Shown here: positions 1-12,477 of the stretch, in pieces
Position numbering within the stretch: position 1 is the stretch's first letter
Layout: each line of letters begins with the position of its first letter
NCBI RefSeq assembly: GCF_006345805.1
Contig: NC_043011.1
Location: 41,800,464-41,864,463 of the forward strand
Direction: 5' to 3'
Length of the DNA: 64,000 nt
From: Octopus sinensis
Taxonomy: Eukaryota
Made by a program: the position numbers and the translations under genes
The notes under the pieces: generated by a model
Seen by the model: only the letters and a program-made list of their open reading frames with translations
The model's database searches: none
Told to the model about the DNA's origin: nothing

Positions 1-1049
1 TGACAAGATGTCTGAAATGTTGTGATAGTATCTCCTATCCTCTGCCTCTATCTTTCTCTGTACCTCTGCAAGGAGAGTCCATATCTGACATGCCTACCAA
101 AAGAGGGAGAGTGACAGTCATACAGGAGTAGTGATGTTTGCTCTCCATGATGATGCACCTGTCTCTCTGACACTGCCAGCAACTGACTTATGGCACTCAA
201 GTCAATGAAATCACTTTTAAGCAACCATCATTTTTATCCTCTTCATTATTTCCCCTCTTACCTCTGTTTCTGAACCAACCCCCAATGGCTTCTGTTAGGC
301 CAGATCTATCAGTCTACCCATCATACATCGCTTTCAAGTGATTCTTTTCTCTTGAGGACTTTTGCAAAATCAATGATGATCGTTTCACTCAACAACAACA
401 GAATCTTACACCATTTCTGGTACCTCCTTGCTGTGACCAACAAAGCTAAGAAGCACCTCAGTATATTACACCCTTGCTACATGACAATGGCTATCTTGAC
501 CATAGCTATGACAACAGAGGAAGTATATGCTCCTATATATGACTTAGCTATGGTCAGTATAGCCAGGATCTTTTCCCTCATTCTCTAAACACTCCTCTCT
601 TATTTCTTGGATTAGAAGCTTCTCATCGGACTACAATACTGTGGTCTGCCACTGACCAACCCAATGCATATTCTGTTATGTCTGATGCCCCCAAACGTTG
701 ATAACGTTAACTGCCACACTTGACCTTCTCTAGTTTATCAATCAACTTGTTGTCATTTCTAGCACTACACATTCTTATGTAGTTGATACTCTGTTTCATT
801 CCCCTTAATCTTCTGCACAAAGGAAGGGGAAGAGGAGGTGGTGGTGGTGGTGGTAATGATGGTTGTGGTAATGGTGGTTGTGTGTGTATGAGATAAGGAA
901 GAAGATAAAGAATGAATTTAGCATATGTTTTTAATCACTTTACATGTAAATGATTCCATGTGAAACATTACCCAATGTGTGTGGTTGAATGCACTGCATT
1001 TTTATCCAATCCTGAACTAACAGACACCTGCATCTATATATATATATAT

Positions 1050-1250
1050 CATCATCATCTTCATCATCGTTTAACGTCCGCTTTCCATGCTAGCATGGGT
1101 TGGACAGTTCAACTGGGGTCTGGGAAGCCAGTAGGCTGCACCAGGCCCAGTCTGATCTGGCAATGTTTCTACAGCTGGATGCCCTTCCTAATGCCAACCA
1201 CTCCGTGAGTGTAGTGGGTGCTTTTTACGTGCCACCTGCACAGGTGCCAG
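1050..1250 (-). mobile_element. SINE family C (ends ...CATGCTAGCATGGAAAGCGGACGTTAAAC-(GAT)n), 3' part
   Basis: Same sequence as copies at 13255, 17420, 18955, 24154, 33430, 37478, 38460, 51172 and 60065. Confidence 0.85.
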
Positions 1251-1609
1251 ATGGCAGTTGATACACGTTACTGACAAAGTGCAAAAATGTAGAAATGCAT
1301 ATCTTGAATACTCACTGCTACTGTTGGATAGTTTCCATCTGCTACCAAAATAATTTGTTGTTTTAAACAACACAGCACATTCACAAGAGATGTTATCTGG
1401 GCTTATACCACAGTAAATTTATTTATTTATTTATTTTACAATATGATACACAGATGACCACACACTCGTCAGGTTGTTGTTCTGCTCCTGGTAACATCTA
1501 ACCCAGTTCAACCTGTTACACAGTCAGGTTCTTGGTAACTGAGCTGGCTTCTCTGCCAAGCTTGTTTGATGAAGAGGCTGATCTTTGGATACCCTGTGGG
1601 ATGAAAAGC

Positions 1610-1851
1610 CCTGCAACGATTTCATCTCAATCGAAGGAGAGGGGCTTTCTCTGTCCGGGTTGCGGATCTGTGGAATAAGCTGCCGGACGAGATAGTGAAG
1701 ATGCCGATGACCGCTCGGTTCAAAGTCTCTCTTGACCAGAAATGGCCTGAACTCTTTGCATGAACACCCTCCCTGTACATAACTCCATGTCCCCCTACAT
1801 GGCCTTGCTTTTTGCTTTTTGAGCCAAAAAATTAACTTAACTTAACTTAAC
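1610..1851 (+). mobile_element. CR1-type LINE family 1, 5'-truncated 3' end with (TTAAC)4 tail
   Basis: Closely matches 7990-8234 (RRFHL..RRG.FSVRVAD.WNKLP), same 3' UTR. Confidence 0.9.
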
Positions 1852-2489
1852 TCATCAAAGGGGTGGGGAACTCAGGAGAATCAACAACCATTCAGTATAG
1901 ACTTGCAGGGATGATGCTCACCAGTCATAGTGAAGACAAGCCATCAAGGAGAAAGAAATCTCTGAAATAATTTTTTTTAAAAACCGTTCATTGAGCCCTT
2001 GCAATAGCTAGAATGATTTTGCACAGGAAAAATTATGACATGAAAATTTTAGTGTTTCATCTACAAACAGCTGATAATAGATAAATAATTAAATAAATAC
2101 CCACACACTTAAACAATGGCCACGACTTGCAGTCATGGATGACTCAGCAGTATTTAGCATTCTTTCAGTAATTGTGTTAGGTGCCCATTTAGCAGTAGAC
2201 ACTGAGTGCCTTCTAGACCCTTCTATCATTTGCTAAGTGGAGCATCCATCCAGTATGTGACAGCTAGAGAGAGAGAAAGAGGGCTGTCCCATCACTCAGC
2301 TGGTGTTTTTTTTGTTTTTTTATCAACACCTCCAAAAGGTGAAAAGTAAAGTTTTTTTTTTGAGAAACAAATATCATAACACATTTTATTTGAAACCCCA
2401 CCCCCGACAGCTCTGTTAATCAATCGCCCAGTTTATGTAAATGTATGTGTGGGTGTGTACTTGAAAATCTGCAAACAAGCATAAGCATA

Positions 2490-2625
2490 TTCATATGCCA
2501 TCAATATCATCACCACCACCACCACCATCATATCCATCATCACCATCATCACCACCATCAGCAGCAGCTGTACCATCATATCCATCATCATCAGCACTAT
2601 TATCATCATCACCATCATCATGTGC
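2490..2625. repeat. (CAC/CAT)n trinucleotide microsatellite
   Basis: Directly visible; source of the poly-His and poly-Met/Val ORFs. Confidence 0.95.
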
Positions 2626-3024
2626 ATCTTTTGATGTTGGTATGGGATAAGTGGAGAAAGTGTTTGGGGGGGTGGGGTCTGTCCACCACATAGGTGTTCC
2701 ATTTTCTTTCATAGTGCCTAAGCTTCACTGTAAACAAGAGAGAGTGAGTGAGAGAGAGAGAGAGAGAGAGAGATCAATAAAAAATGAAATGAAGAGGAAA
2801 ATATCAGATAAGCGATACAAACAACAACAACAACAACAATGGTGAGAACGAGGACAAAGACGACGGTGGTGTCAACAACGACGGTGACAAGAACATTGTC
2901 ACACTTGGCTTGGCTGGACTGGTCAAACTAAACTAAGGTCGCCATTGTCTCATTTAATTAATTAATTAACTTGACTAATTTGCTTAATTGGTCTGTGTTA
3001 TTGTTGCTTTTTTTTTTTTACTAG

Positions 3025-3139
3025 GTTACTAACTAAACTAGAACAGAATAAACTCCAGTTTGAAATGTTCTGGGGACGACATGAGAATAAACTTCGTCAG
3101 TGTTTACAATTACGGCAATTTGAGGAGGAATTTAAACTT
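3025..3139 (+). CDS. MCF2L: DBS/MCF2L-like Rho GEF, internal coding exon A (phase 2 to 0)
   Basis: T-rich tract + ctag|G acceptor, CTT|gtaagt donor. Encodes (R)LLTKLEQNKLQFEMFWGRHENKLRQCLQLRQFEEEFKL, which matches my recollection of DBS RLLAQLNETEAAFDEFWAKHQQKLEQCLQLRHFEQGF. Not in the ORF track. Confidence 0.9.
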
Positions 3140-3273
3140 GTAAGTTTTTTTTTTTTTTATTCTTATTATAAATATTTGTGTGTGTTGGTGCTTGTATGTG
3201 TATATATACTTGCATCTATCTGAGTGTTATTGCTTGTGTGTATATTTATTACTATTTATGTGTGTTTATTGCT

Positions 3274-3307
<34 letters not shown>

Positions 3308-4234
3308 ATCCATAGAAATTCCATTTGTTATAAACTTTTTCTTGTTTTGGTTCATAATTTTATAAATTTCCATTGTTTTAGTATTTTAAATATTTCACTA
3401 CAAAATTAAATTTCATGGTCATTCCAGTAATGATGCTAAATTTCTACCAAAAAAAATAGAATTGGCATTTTCTGCAAGTCACATTCCCTCATTAAACTTG
3501 ACATACGTCAACATAACAAAGATTCCAACATGGCATTCCTCAACAAAAGATAGATTCATATATATAAAACTGCTTTCCACAGTTAAAAGTAATAAAATTT
3601 TGAAGGGATCGACATTTCAATTATGTCTTAATGTTCCATAGTTAAAGTCAAGGAAACCCTTGAAGTTGTTTCATTTTACTAAAAATTTCACTTATGCCTT
3701 TGATGTCCTTCCATAGTTAAGGCTACAGATAGAGAAACCCTCAGCTATGTTTCATTGTTAAAGATTTCAATTATGTTCTCGATGTCCTTCCATAGTCAAA
3801 GTCTTTAAAAGCATAATACTTAAACTCATGTTGTGAAAAGCAGAAATATAAAACTTTCTATAAGGCAGAAGGCCACAGATTTTGGATAAAGGAAACACAG
3901 GACCATGTTGCCCACAGTATTTCACCAGCCCTGGAAAGATGATGAGTGAAGACAACCGAGCAGGATTTGAACTCAGAATGTGAATAACTAGAACAAACAC
4001 CACATGATGTAACTAATGATGCTGCTACTTATGGGTGGGGGAAAATAATAATAATAATCCATATTTTATGTTTTATCAATTCATTTTCTCCATACCACAT
4101 TCAGTCTGCTAGTTTTCACATGAACTAGTTATAACATGTCCTTCATTTTATAAAACAGCAGTGGTTTGAGGGAGATTCAGCTGCTACTTCAAGTAACCAC
4201 TACCATATTTAGATAAAGTGGGGCCACCATAACT

Positions 4235-4379
4235 CTGAAGTTTACTTCCCAACAACAAGGTTCTGGGTGCAGTCCCACGGCATGGCACCTTGGACAAGTG
4301 TCTTCTACAATAACCTCAGGCTGACCAAAGCCTTGTGAATGGATTTGGTCAACAGAAACTGAAAGAAACCTATTATATA

Positions 4380-4415
<36 letters not shown>

Positions 4416-4680
4416 TGTACATACGTACGTACGTATGTATGTGCATATGTATGTACGTATGTATGTAGCTTTGTGTTTGTCTCTGACCACTGCTTGACAA
4501 CTATTGTTGTTGTATTTACATCCCCTGTAACTTAGCAGTTCAGCAAAAGGCGAATGATAGAATAAGTACCAGACTTTAAAAAAAGTAACTACTAAGGTCA
4601 ATTCATTTATTAAAACTCTTTAGGGCAGTGCTCCAGCATGGCCACAGTCTAATGAGGGAAACCAGTAAAAGATGAAATAT
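4235..4680 (+). mobile_element. SINE family A (tRNA-like head, CORE-like GGCACCTTGGGCAAG block, internal TA/CA microsatellite)
   Basis: Matches the better-preserved copies at 20750 and 55676. Confidence 0.8.
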
Positions 4681-5737
4681 AAGAGAATCTGTAGGATGTC
4701 CCAGTAGCAAGGCCCCTTTTAAAAGGTCTCTGACAGCCCCTAGATGTTGTAGCCTTAGGTTTCAGCCTGTTCAGCTTTAGTAACTAACTGCATTGACAAT
4801 CTCTCCTAGACTTGCATCACAGATTATTGCTGTTGCTGTTGAATTAGCCAAAATCTGGCACATCCATCTACGATCAAAGGAAATTCCATCAGTGTTCATT
4901 CTATCTTTTATTCAGACATAGCATATCTAAGACTACATTATCAAATGTGTCTATAATTTTTAAAAATTTTTACTTCATACTGTAGAATGTCAGTTGAGGG
5001 AGATTTAGCTGTTATTTCTAGATCAATTAACTGACCACATAGGGGGCTCCTTCATTAGGTTATATATCACTACTGGTAAAAATTTTTTTTTTTTTTTTTC
5101 CAAAAAATGCATCTGGCACTAAATATCAAATTTACCATCAGCCCCATGATATTTTTCCAATTCCAGCTTATTCCAACGATGAATTAGTGAACAGGTTTAC
5201 AGTAAAGCTTGTTAGGCATGCTGCTATGGCCGACATTTTCTCTGTCCGCAAATATAAATATTGATTGCTTTTAAACAACAGTAGTGGAAGGCAAGATGGC
5301 TGCTTGTCACATGGTGGCGATAGTGATGATGGCGGCGACGGCGGCGGTGGTTTTGCTTCATTTAACTTGCTTTTGATTTGGTATTCAAGGGAGATCACTT
5401 GGTATTAACTTGTCAGACACTGTCCATTTGCAGTTATGAATAAATGATGATTGGTCGAGAACTGAGACAAATATTCTTGTACAAACTGTTTAATAATAAA
5501 GCACCGATGTTCTTTATGTGTGTGTCTGTGTGTTATCGAAGATGTTGTCATTATTTTTTTTTTTTAATGACTTCTCATATTTTAGCCATTGTCATTGGCA
5601 GTTTTGATGGTGATTTCAGAGAAATAAATACATTTGAAAATAAATTCATCTTATATTTATCAAACTTGTTCATTTTGAGATATATTTTAATAAATTAACA
5701 TATATTACTATTTGTATATTACACACATACACACGCA

Positions 5738-5780
<43 letters not shown>

Positions 5781-6013
5781 TCAGTGATTGATCCATCTTC
5801 ACAGTTGATTGCCATCTCCTTGTTCTTCTCATTGTAAATGGCATTTTTTGATTCTACATCCATGTCCAAAGCTTCTTGCATGTGTGTGTGTGTGTGTGTG
5901 TGCTTCTTTATAATTAGGTATATTTATGAATGAACCTGTTTATGTGCAAATATAAATTCACATACGAACACGTTTGCACTTAAATATGCTTACAAATAAA
6001 TATAGTTATTCAG

Positions 6014-6044
<31 letters not shown>

Positions 6045-6090
6045 CACACACACACACACACTTGTTTCTTATTGGATATCATTAAATATG

Positions 6091-6489
6091 TTCTTTTATT
6101 CTTTTACTTGTTTCAGTCATTTGACTTCAGCCATGCTGGAGCACCGCCTTTAGTCGAGCAAATCGACCCCGGGACTTATTCTTTGTCAGCTTAGTACTTA
6201 TTCTGTCGGTCTCTTTTACTGAACCACTAAGTTACGGGGATGTAAACACACCAGCATCGGTTGTCAAGCAATGTTGGGGGGGACAAACACAGATACACAA
6301 ACATATATATATATACACACACATATACGATGGGCTTCTTCCAGTTTCCATCTACTAAATCCATTCACAAGGCTTTGGTCGGCCCGAGGCTATAGTAGAA
6401 GACACTTGCCCAAGGTGCCATGCAGTGGGACTGAACCCAGGATCATGTGGTTGGTAAGCAAGCTACTTACCACACAGCTACTCCTGCAC
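6091..6489 (-). mobile_element. SINE family A, near full length
   Basis: Reverse complement of the 55676-56077 copy. Confidence 0.9.
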
Positions 6490-6634
6490 TATGTGTTGAA
6501 TATTTGGTATATTCTTCTATTAGTTGCAGGGGGCTGTGGCCATTCTGGGGCATGTTTATACATAAACATAAATATTTCTATATAACTATATCTCTAACAT
6601 TTTCTTAAGTCCACAAATTTCTCTTTTATTCCAG

Positions 6635-6757
6635 ATCCAATATGCTTCGGAACGTAACCTAGAGTTTTTAGAATCTTCTATGTCAAACATAGGAGAATCC
6701 TCTCTGCAGCTGGACGGACTTTTTGGAGATTTTGAAGAATTTGAGAAAAAAGCAAAG
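6635..6757 (+). CDS. MCF2L: DBS/MCF2L-like exon B (123 nt, phase 0-0), spectrin repeat
   Basis: ttttattccag| acceptor, AAG|gtagat donor. Encodes IQYASERNLEFLESSMSNIGESSLQLDGLFGDFEEFEKKAK, in frame with exons A and C. Confidence 0.88.
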
Positions 6758-7054
6758 GTAGATGATTATATCTTTTTTCTTTCTTTTTGTTTTTTGTTCC
6801 CATATTTCTATTTTTATGCTCTTACTACCCTTCCAAGTGCAGCTCTGGGCATTTTGGGTATTTACAGTATTCTCAGTTGATATTTTTTATTCTTCTCCAA
6901 GGGTTTGAGACATTTTGGCATAGCTGTTTTGGCACTGCCTATTTGGCATGGCTGATTTAATGTTTTTGTCTCATTCTCTCTCTCTTTATGTGACTACATT
7001 TCTCTTTATGTATCTGAGGAGAGTGTTTGTCATTCATCTTCAGCTAATAAGCAG

Positions 7055-7101
<47 letters not shown>

Positions 7102-7218
7102 TATATATATATATATATAATACAAATAAGAAAACGGAGAAACAAATTTGGTTTGTTCATCAACTTACGGATATTATAATGGTTGGATTATTTATTCATT
7201 TTACAAATGAATATATAT

Positions 7219-8234
7219 GGTTCGCGGTCCGACGTCTCCAGTGCGAGCAGTGGCGTGCCTCAAGGTTCAGTGCTTGGGCCCTTGTTGTTCTTAGTCTTCA
7301 TAAATGACTTGCCCAACGACCTCACGCAACACACCCTTCTATTTGCCGACGATATCAAACTGGTCGCTCCTCGCGGTAGTATAGAGGATCTTCGTCGATG
7401 CCTCCACCAAATTTGGAAGTGGTCTAACGATTGGGACCTGTGTCTGAACGTGTCAAAGTGCTGTCATCTGCCTGTCGGCTCTACTCCTACAACTCAACTT
7501 GATTTCGAGCCGGGTCGTCTGCTGCTGGAGAGGACCGATCAGGTAAAGGACCTGGGTATCTTGGTGGATTCCTCCTTTTCGCCTTCGGCCCAGTGCGTCC
7601 ATGCTGCCAACAAAGCGCGCGGAATTCTGTTTTTGATTTGACGGTCATTCGGAGTGCTCACAGCAGCCATATTCCTGCCACTCTATGTCACGCTGGTGAG
7701 ACCCATATTGGAGTATGGGATTCAAGCCTCTTCTCCTTATCTCCTCAAAGACATACAGCACCCCGAAAGAGTCCAGAGGCTGGCTACCCGCCTGGTTCAT
7801 GGTCTCAAAAATTTGTCCTATGAAGAAAGGCTGAGGACGCTCGACCTTTATTCTCTTGAAAAACGCCGCCGCCGTGGTGATCTCATTCTCGCCCACAACA
7901 TCATAAGCGGGAAGTGTAACCTCTCGAAAGAGCTGTTCTTCACTCCTGCTCCGGAGCGTCGGCTGCGGGGTCATTCCGAAAAGCTCTACCTGCGACGATT
8001 TCATCTCAGTCGAAGGAGAGGAGCTTTCTCCGTCCGGGTTGCGGATCCGTGGAACAAGCTGCCAGACGAGATGGTGAAGATGCCGACGACCGCTTTGTTC
8101 AAAGCCTCCCTGGACCTCAAGTGGCCTGAACTCTTTACATGAACACCACCCTGTACTTAACTCCATGTCCCCCTACATGGCCTTGCTATTTGCTTTTGAG
8201 CCAAATTAACTAACTAACTAACTAACTAACTAAC
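7219..8234 (+). mobile_element. CR1-type LINE family 1, 5'-truncated, RT C-terminal half with (AACT)n tail
   Basis: SGVPQGSVLGPLLFLVFINDL and FADD motifs. ORFs 7183-7641 and 7654-8142 share one frame, split by a single TGA (probably CGA>TGA) at 7639-7641. Possible ATATAT target duplication. Confidence 0.96.
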
Positions 8235-8392
8235 ATATATAAACGATGAATAGCTTCTCATTTTCTGTGTGTGAGTATATATACTCACACACACAACAGC
8301 AACAACAACTTTATTTACATTTCTAACAGAAGGTATTTCTGACCAAAATCCATTGACAACAAATGAAATGTTAAAAGTTATTTATTAATACA

Positions 8393-8423
<31 letters not shown>

Positions 8424-8559
8424 GTGAATGGGTGTGTGTATATGTGTGTGTATGGGTGTGTGTGTATATATATATGTGTGTGTGTGTGTGTGTATGTATT
8501 GGTATGTCTATGTATGGGTGTGCATAATTATGTATTTATTCTTTTATTGCTTCTTCCAG

Positions 8560-8751
8560 AAAAACTTTGAGACAACAGATCGGTTATGCCGCACCGGGGA
8601 ACAGCTTATTAGGGACGACCACTATGCAATAGACAGCATCCAACCAAAATACATTGAGCTTCAACGTATCCGAGATCGATATAAGCGAATGTTAAAACAG
8701 AGGAGAGACATACTATATAAGGCTCGTGATCTACACGATAGAATTGAGCGT
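8560..8751 (+). CDS. MCF2L: DBS/MCF2L-like exon C (192 nt, phase 0-0), spectrin repeat
   Basis: ttcttccag| acceptor, CGT|gtaagt donor. Encodes KNFETTDRLCRTGEQLIRDDHYAIDSIQPKYIELQRIRDRYKRMLKQRRDILYKARDLHDRIER, compare DBS GEQLIGNKHYAVDSIRPKCQEL (recalled). Confidence 0.93.
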
Positions 8752-8807
8752 GTAAGTATCCTTGCACTTTTGCTCTTTGGCCATAATCCTATCAACACTG
8801 CCATTAA

Positions 8808-9028
8808 CCCTTTAGTGTTTAAACTGGCCAAATCCGGTCCAATATATTCTACATATTTTATATTCAAACTGGCCATATCTAGCCTCTCACACCTAACCTA
8901 CATTGACATTCTAAAAATAAGCAATCACATCATTGAAACCTCAAAGCTATAAGATAATGCATGATTAATTCAAAACAATTTGAGTGAAAAAGTATTACAT
9001 TTAACCGAGTAATCTGAACACTAAAGGG
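8808..9028 (+). mobile_element. piggyBac-like MITE family F1
   Basis: TTAA|CCCTTTAGTGTT ... AACACTAAAGGG|GTAA: CCC/GGG termini, TTAA-type target. Confidence 0.8.
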
Positions 9029-10494
9029 GTAAGCCATAGTGCCATCATCCCACTTCAACTTGCAGTCTTTGACTTCAAAAACCAAATGCATATTGAATAG
9101 TCTGGAATTCAAAATCAATCTGAACCCTTTTATTACCATATTTCTTGTTGGAATTAATTTTGAAAATAATGAATTTAATAAAATAATTTTGTCATTATAA
9201 AAACTAGTGTTTGGAACAAAAATTATCGTGAAATTAGCATGAAATTTAGATCTTTTTAACTCTCCTTTTGCTGTATTTCTGTAGAAAAACACTACCTTTG
9301 TTTCAGTTAAGTTTAAAAATAACGGAGAATTTATAAAAATAAATTTGTTATTATTGAGCTGGTGTTTGGAGAATAAATGAATATTTTGATCAAAGTTTTT
9401 ACTTTTAGATGACTTTAAAACAGGAAGTTATCAAAGATCCAAGGACAATTTTTACCTGACTAGGTACCAAATTGGTTAATTTAGAGAAGTAATCCCTAAT
9501 ATACCTGAGGTGGAGAGCTTAGAAATTTTAATTAAAATCAAGCTTTTTAGTTATCCTCATTATCTAGTTTGCTCTCCGTGCTGCCATGAGGTGAATGGAT
9601 CTAATCTGAGTCATTTTTTTATTAGGAGCGATGGCTCCCATAGGTTGGTACTCATATGTGTCATTTGGCTTGATTTCTCTGGCTAGATGGATATCCTTGC
9701 TATCACCAACCACTTAAGTGTACTTAACGTATTTTCTCATGGCACTAAAGAAGTTGATTAACCCTCAACAGGATTAAAAGTATCTTACAAAACTACACTC
9801 TGACATTCAACATAATTTTCTCAACTAGACAGAGGTAAGACATATCTAAAGATACAGATCTGAAGAGCACACATTTATCTGTTCTGTGATCATCTTTATG
9901 ATGTCCAATCCCTCCATGTCCTACACTAACCACAACACCAATTCCTTCCTTCCTGAAACATCTTCTTTCTGGAATTCCTTCTCTTTTTCTGCAAGTGTTG
10001 ACCTACAAAGATTAAAGAGAGACTTTAATGGCATCACTCTTGTCAATCTTGGAAAGACTACAAATACCATGGACACTGCTCCTTCTGCCATACCCTACAA
10101 GTAAAAATGACCAACTGTTCTAATAATACAGTAATGACTTGCTTATTCATTCTTAGTACATTTCGGCAGATTCAGACATGAATATGTTAACTACTGCTGC
10201 AGTTAAAACACCTTCTTTATAAACGGTGTGTGTTCATAGCACATTCAATTTCTCAATGTAAAGGGACTTTCACACACTTTGTTTTTTTGACATCTTTGTG
10301 TCTCCTCAGGCAAAGGTATCCTGAACTAATGAACTCAACAAGAGTTCATGGCTCATGTTTTATAACTTCAGCAAACAAATTATTTGCTCTAATAATGTAA
10401 AACCAAATATAAATAAAGAAGAACTATATTAAAAATTATAGTGATATATGATGATAAATAATGTGGTCGTTTGTGATTTGTTGTTTAATTTCAG

Positions 10495-10686
10495 GCCAAT
10501 AAGTGGTGTAACCGAGGTCTCGACTTATTAGCTGATCAACAAATTGAAAAATTTCATACTCAAGGAGGAGCAGAGAAAGCTGCTTACGAGATCAGGGAGT
10601 TTTTACACTCAGCCCAGAATCTCAACTTAAGTAATCCAAAAGAGTTCCGGACACTCTTTGAGGGTATAATGAATTCAGATATGAAA
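10495..10686 (+). CDS. MCF2L: DBS/MCF2L-like exon D (192 nt, phase 0-0)
   Basis: tttcag| acceptor, AAA|gtaaga donor. Encodes ANKWCNRGLDLLADQQIEKFHTQGGAEKAAYEIREFLHSAQNLNLSNPKEFRTLFEGIMNSDMK, compare DBS MKWCDEGIYLLASQPVDKCQSQDGAEAALQEIEKFL (recalled). Not in the ORF track. Confidence 0.92.
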
Positions 10687-10966
10687 GTAAGATATTCTTC
10701 CATTTATTTATAAAAATGTCTACAGACAACTTTGTATAAGATGGCTACAGTAACACTGTATTATGGGTTTATATATATATATATATATATAGACAAGGGA
10801 AAGGTTGGTGGTGATTTTGAAGTTTTACCTGTCATAAGTGTTGTCAGAAAATTTAGCAAAGCCTATAAAAAAATGTTGAAAATCCAAAATCACTGACAAC
10901 ATTTTCCATGTAAAAATAAATGTTTTAACTATATTGAGTGACCCTTCTATATATAGCAGAAATACA

Positions 10967-11007
<41 letters not shown>

Positions 11008-11564
11008 GACACACACAGAGTTTTTATGTTCAGTTATAAATAAAAAGAATTTAACATTAAACTGAAGATCAAGTGTTTAGGGAAGTCTTAGCAGACTACT
11101 GGCACTACTGAGTGACAATTGAGTGACCATCCTATTGCATGGCTGAATCATTTCAGTCTCTACTCTATTACTTCACTAACAAAGTGCATCATGTGAAGAG
11201 CTTTCCTTATGGAAATATTCTAGGGCCTGCCTTATAACAACATCTCTTGTAAGGACATAGCAGCAAGGCAGCAAATATAATTCTTCAAAATCCTTTAGTT
11301 TTGTGTGTATGCTCAGAACACCCAATATGGTACTTATAGAATAAAAATCATGACTGATGTTGGAATCATTTATCAGCCAGGGTTGAATAAGGAAATTCAG
11401 AGAATGGATGTTAAGGAAAGTTGGTTCTTTCTGGCTTTCTGTTTTCTGAGAATTTTATGTTTAACTTCTGTGAAATCTATTTTCATAGTAAAAATGAAAA
11501 TATGCTTCTTAAATATATGATAAGAACATTGATTATGATACGCATGTGTGTGTGGTATAGGTGT

Positions 11565-11950
11565 GGGTATGGCTGTATGGTAAGAAGTTTGCTTCCTAGT
11601 CACATGGTTCTGGGTTCAATCCCACTGAGTGGCACCTTGGGCAAGTATCTTCTGTTATAGGATCGGGTTGAGCAAAGCCTTGGGAGTGGATTTAGTAGAT
11701 GGAAACTGAAAGAAGCCCTTCATGTCTCTGTGTGTCTTTGTACCTGTGTTTGTTTCCCATCACTGCTTGACAACTGGTGTTGTATGTTTATATCCCCGTA
11801 ACTTAGCAGTTTGGCAAAAGAGACCAATTAGATAAATATTAAGCTCAAAAATATAAATGCTGCAGTCGATTCATTCAAGTTAAATTCTTTAAAGCAGTGC
11901 TCCAGCATGACCATAGTCTAATGAGTGGAACAAGTCAAAGCTAAAAGCTA
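11565..11950 (+). mobile_element. SINE family A
   Basis: Head, central block and tail match the family. Confidence 0.85.
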
Positions 11951-12477
11951 CGGAAACAAACAGACAGACTGGTTTAGATACATCACCAATGTTTTAATGT
12001 CCACTTCTTCATGCTTGCATGGGTCAGACACAGAATTTGTTGAGGCAAATTTTCTATGACTGGAAGCTCTTCCTGTCATCAACCTTGCCTGTTTCCAAAT
12101 AAGGTTAATATTTCCCTATGATTGGATAAGGTTTTTTTTTCTCTTTCATGGGCAACTGGAAATGAACAACACCGCCTATATGGCAGTGCCATTTGTTTAC
12201 AACCATTACATGATCTCATGACAAAGGTACACACACAAACACACACACACCGACACATGCATTTCTTTCAGTTTCCATGTACCAAATCCATTCATTACAA
12301 CGGTTTAGTTGGCCTGGGGTTATAGTAGAAGATATTTGCCCAAAATGCCACACCATGGGACTGAACCTGAGAACATATGGTTGGGAAGCAAGCTTCTTAA
12401 CCTCACAGCCACACCTTTACCTACATACATGTGTGTATGTAGTGAAAATGAGTGACTGTGTGTGTAGTGTTTATTGG

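Noticed and set aside
1440-1610. ACCCTG(T/C)GGGATGAAAA shared with 12480; possible RTE 5' region fused to CR1
   Set aside because: Only about 17 bp match, too little to call an element.
2433-2712. Poly-His, poly-Met/Val and Asp/Gly-rich ORFs
   Set aside because: They are translations of a (CAC/CAT)n microsatellite with no splice or homology support.
7645-8166. 173-aa minus-strand ORF
   Set aside because: Antisense shadow of the CR1 RT frame.
8200-8234. (AACT)n and (TTAAC)n as interstitial telomere repeats
   Set aside because: Not TTAGGG or TTAGG; both sit directly at CR1 3' ends.
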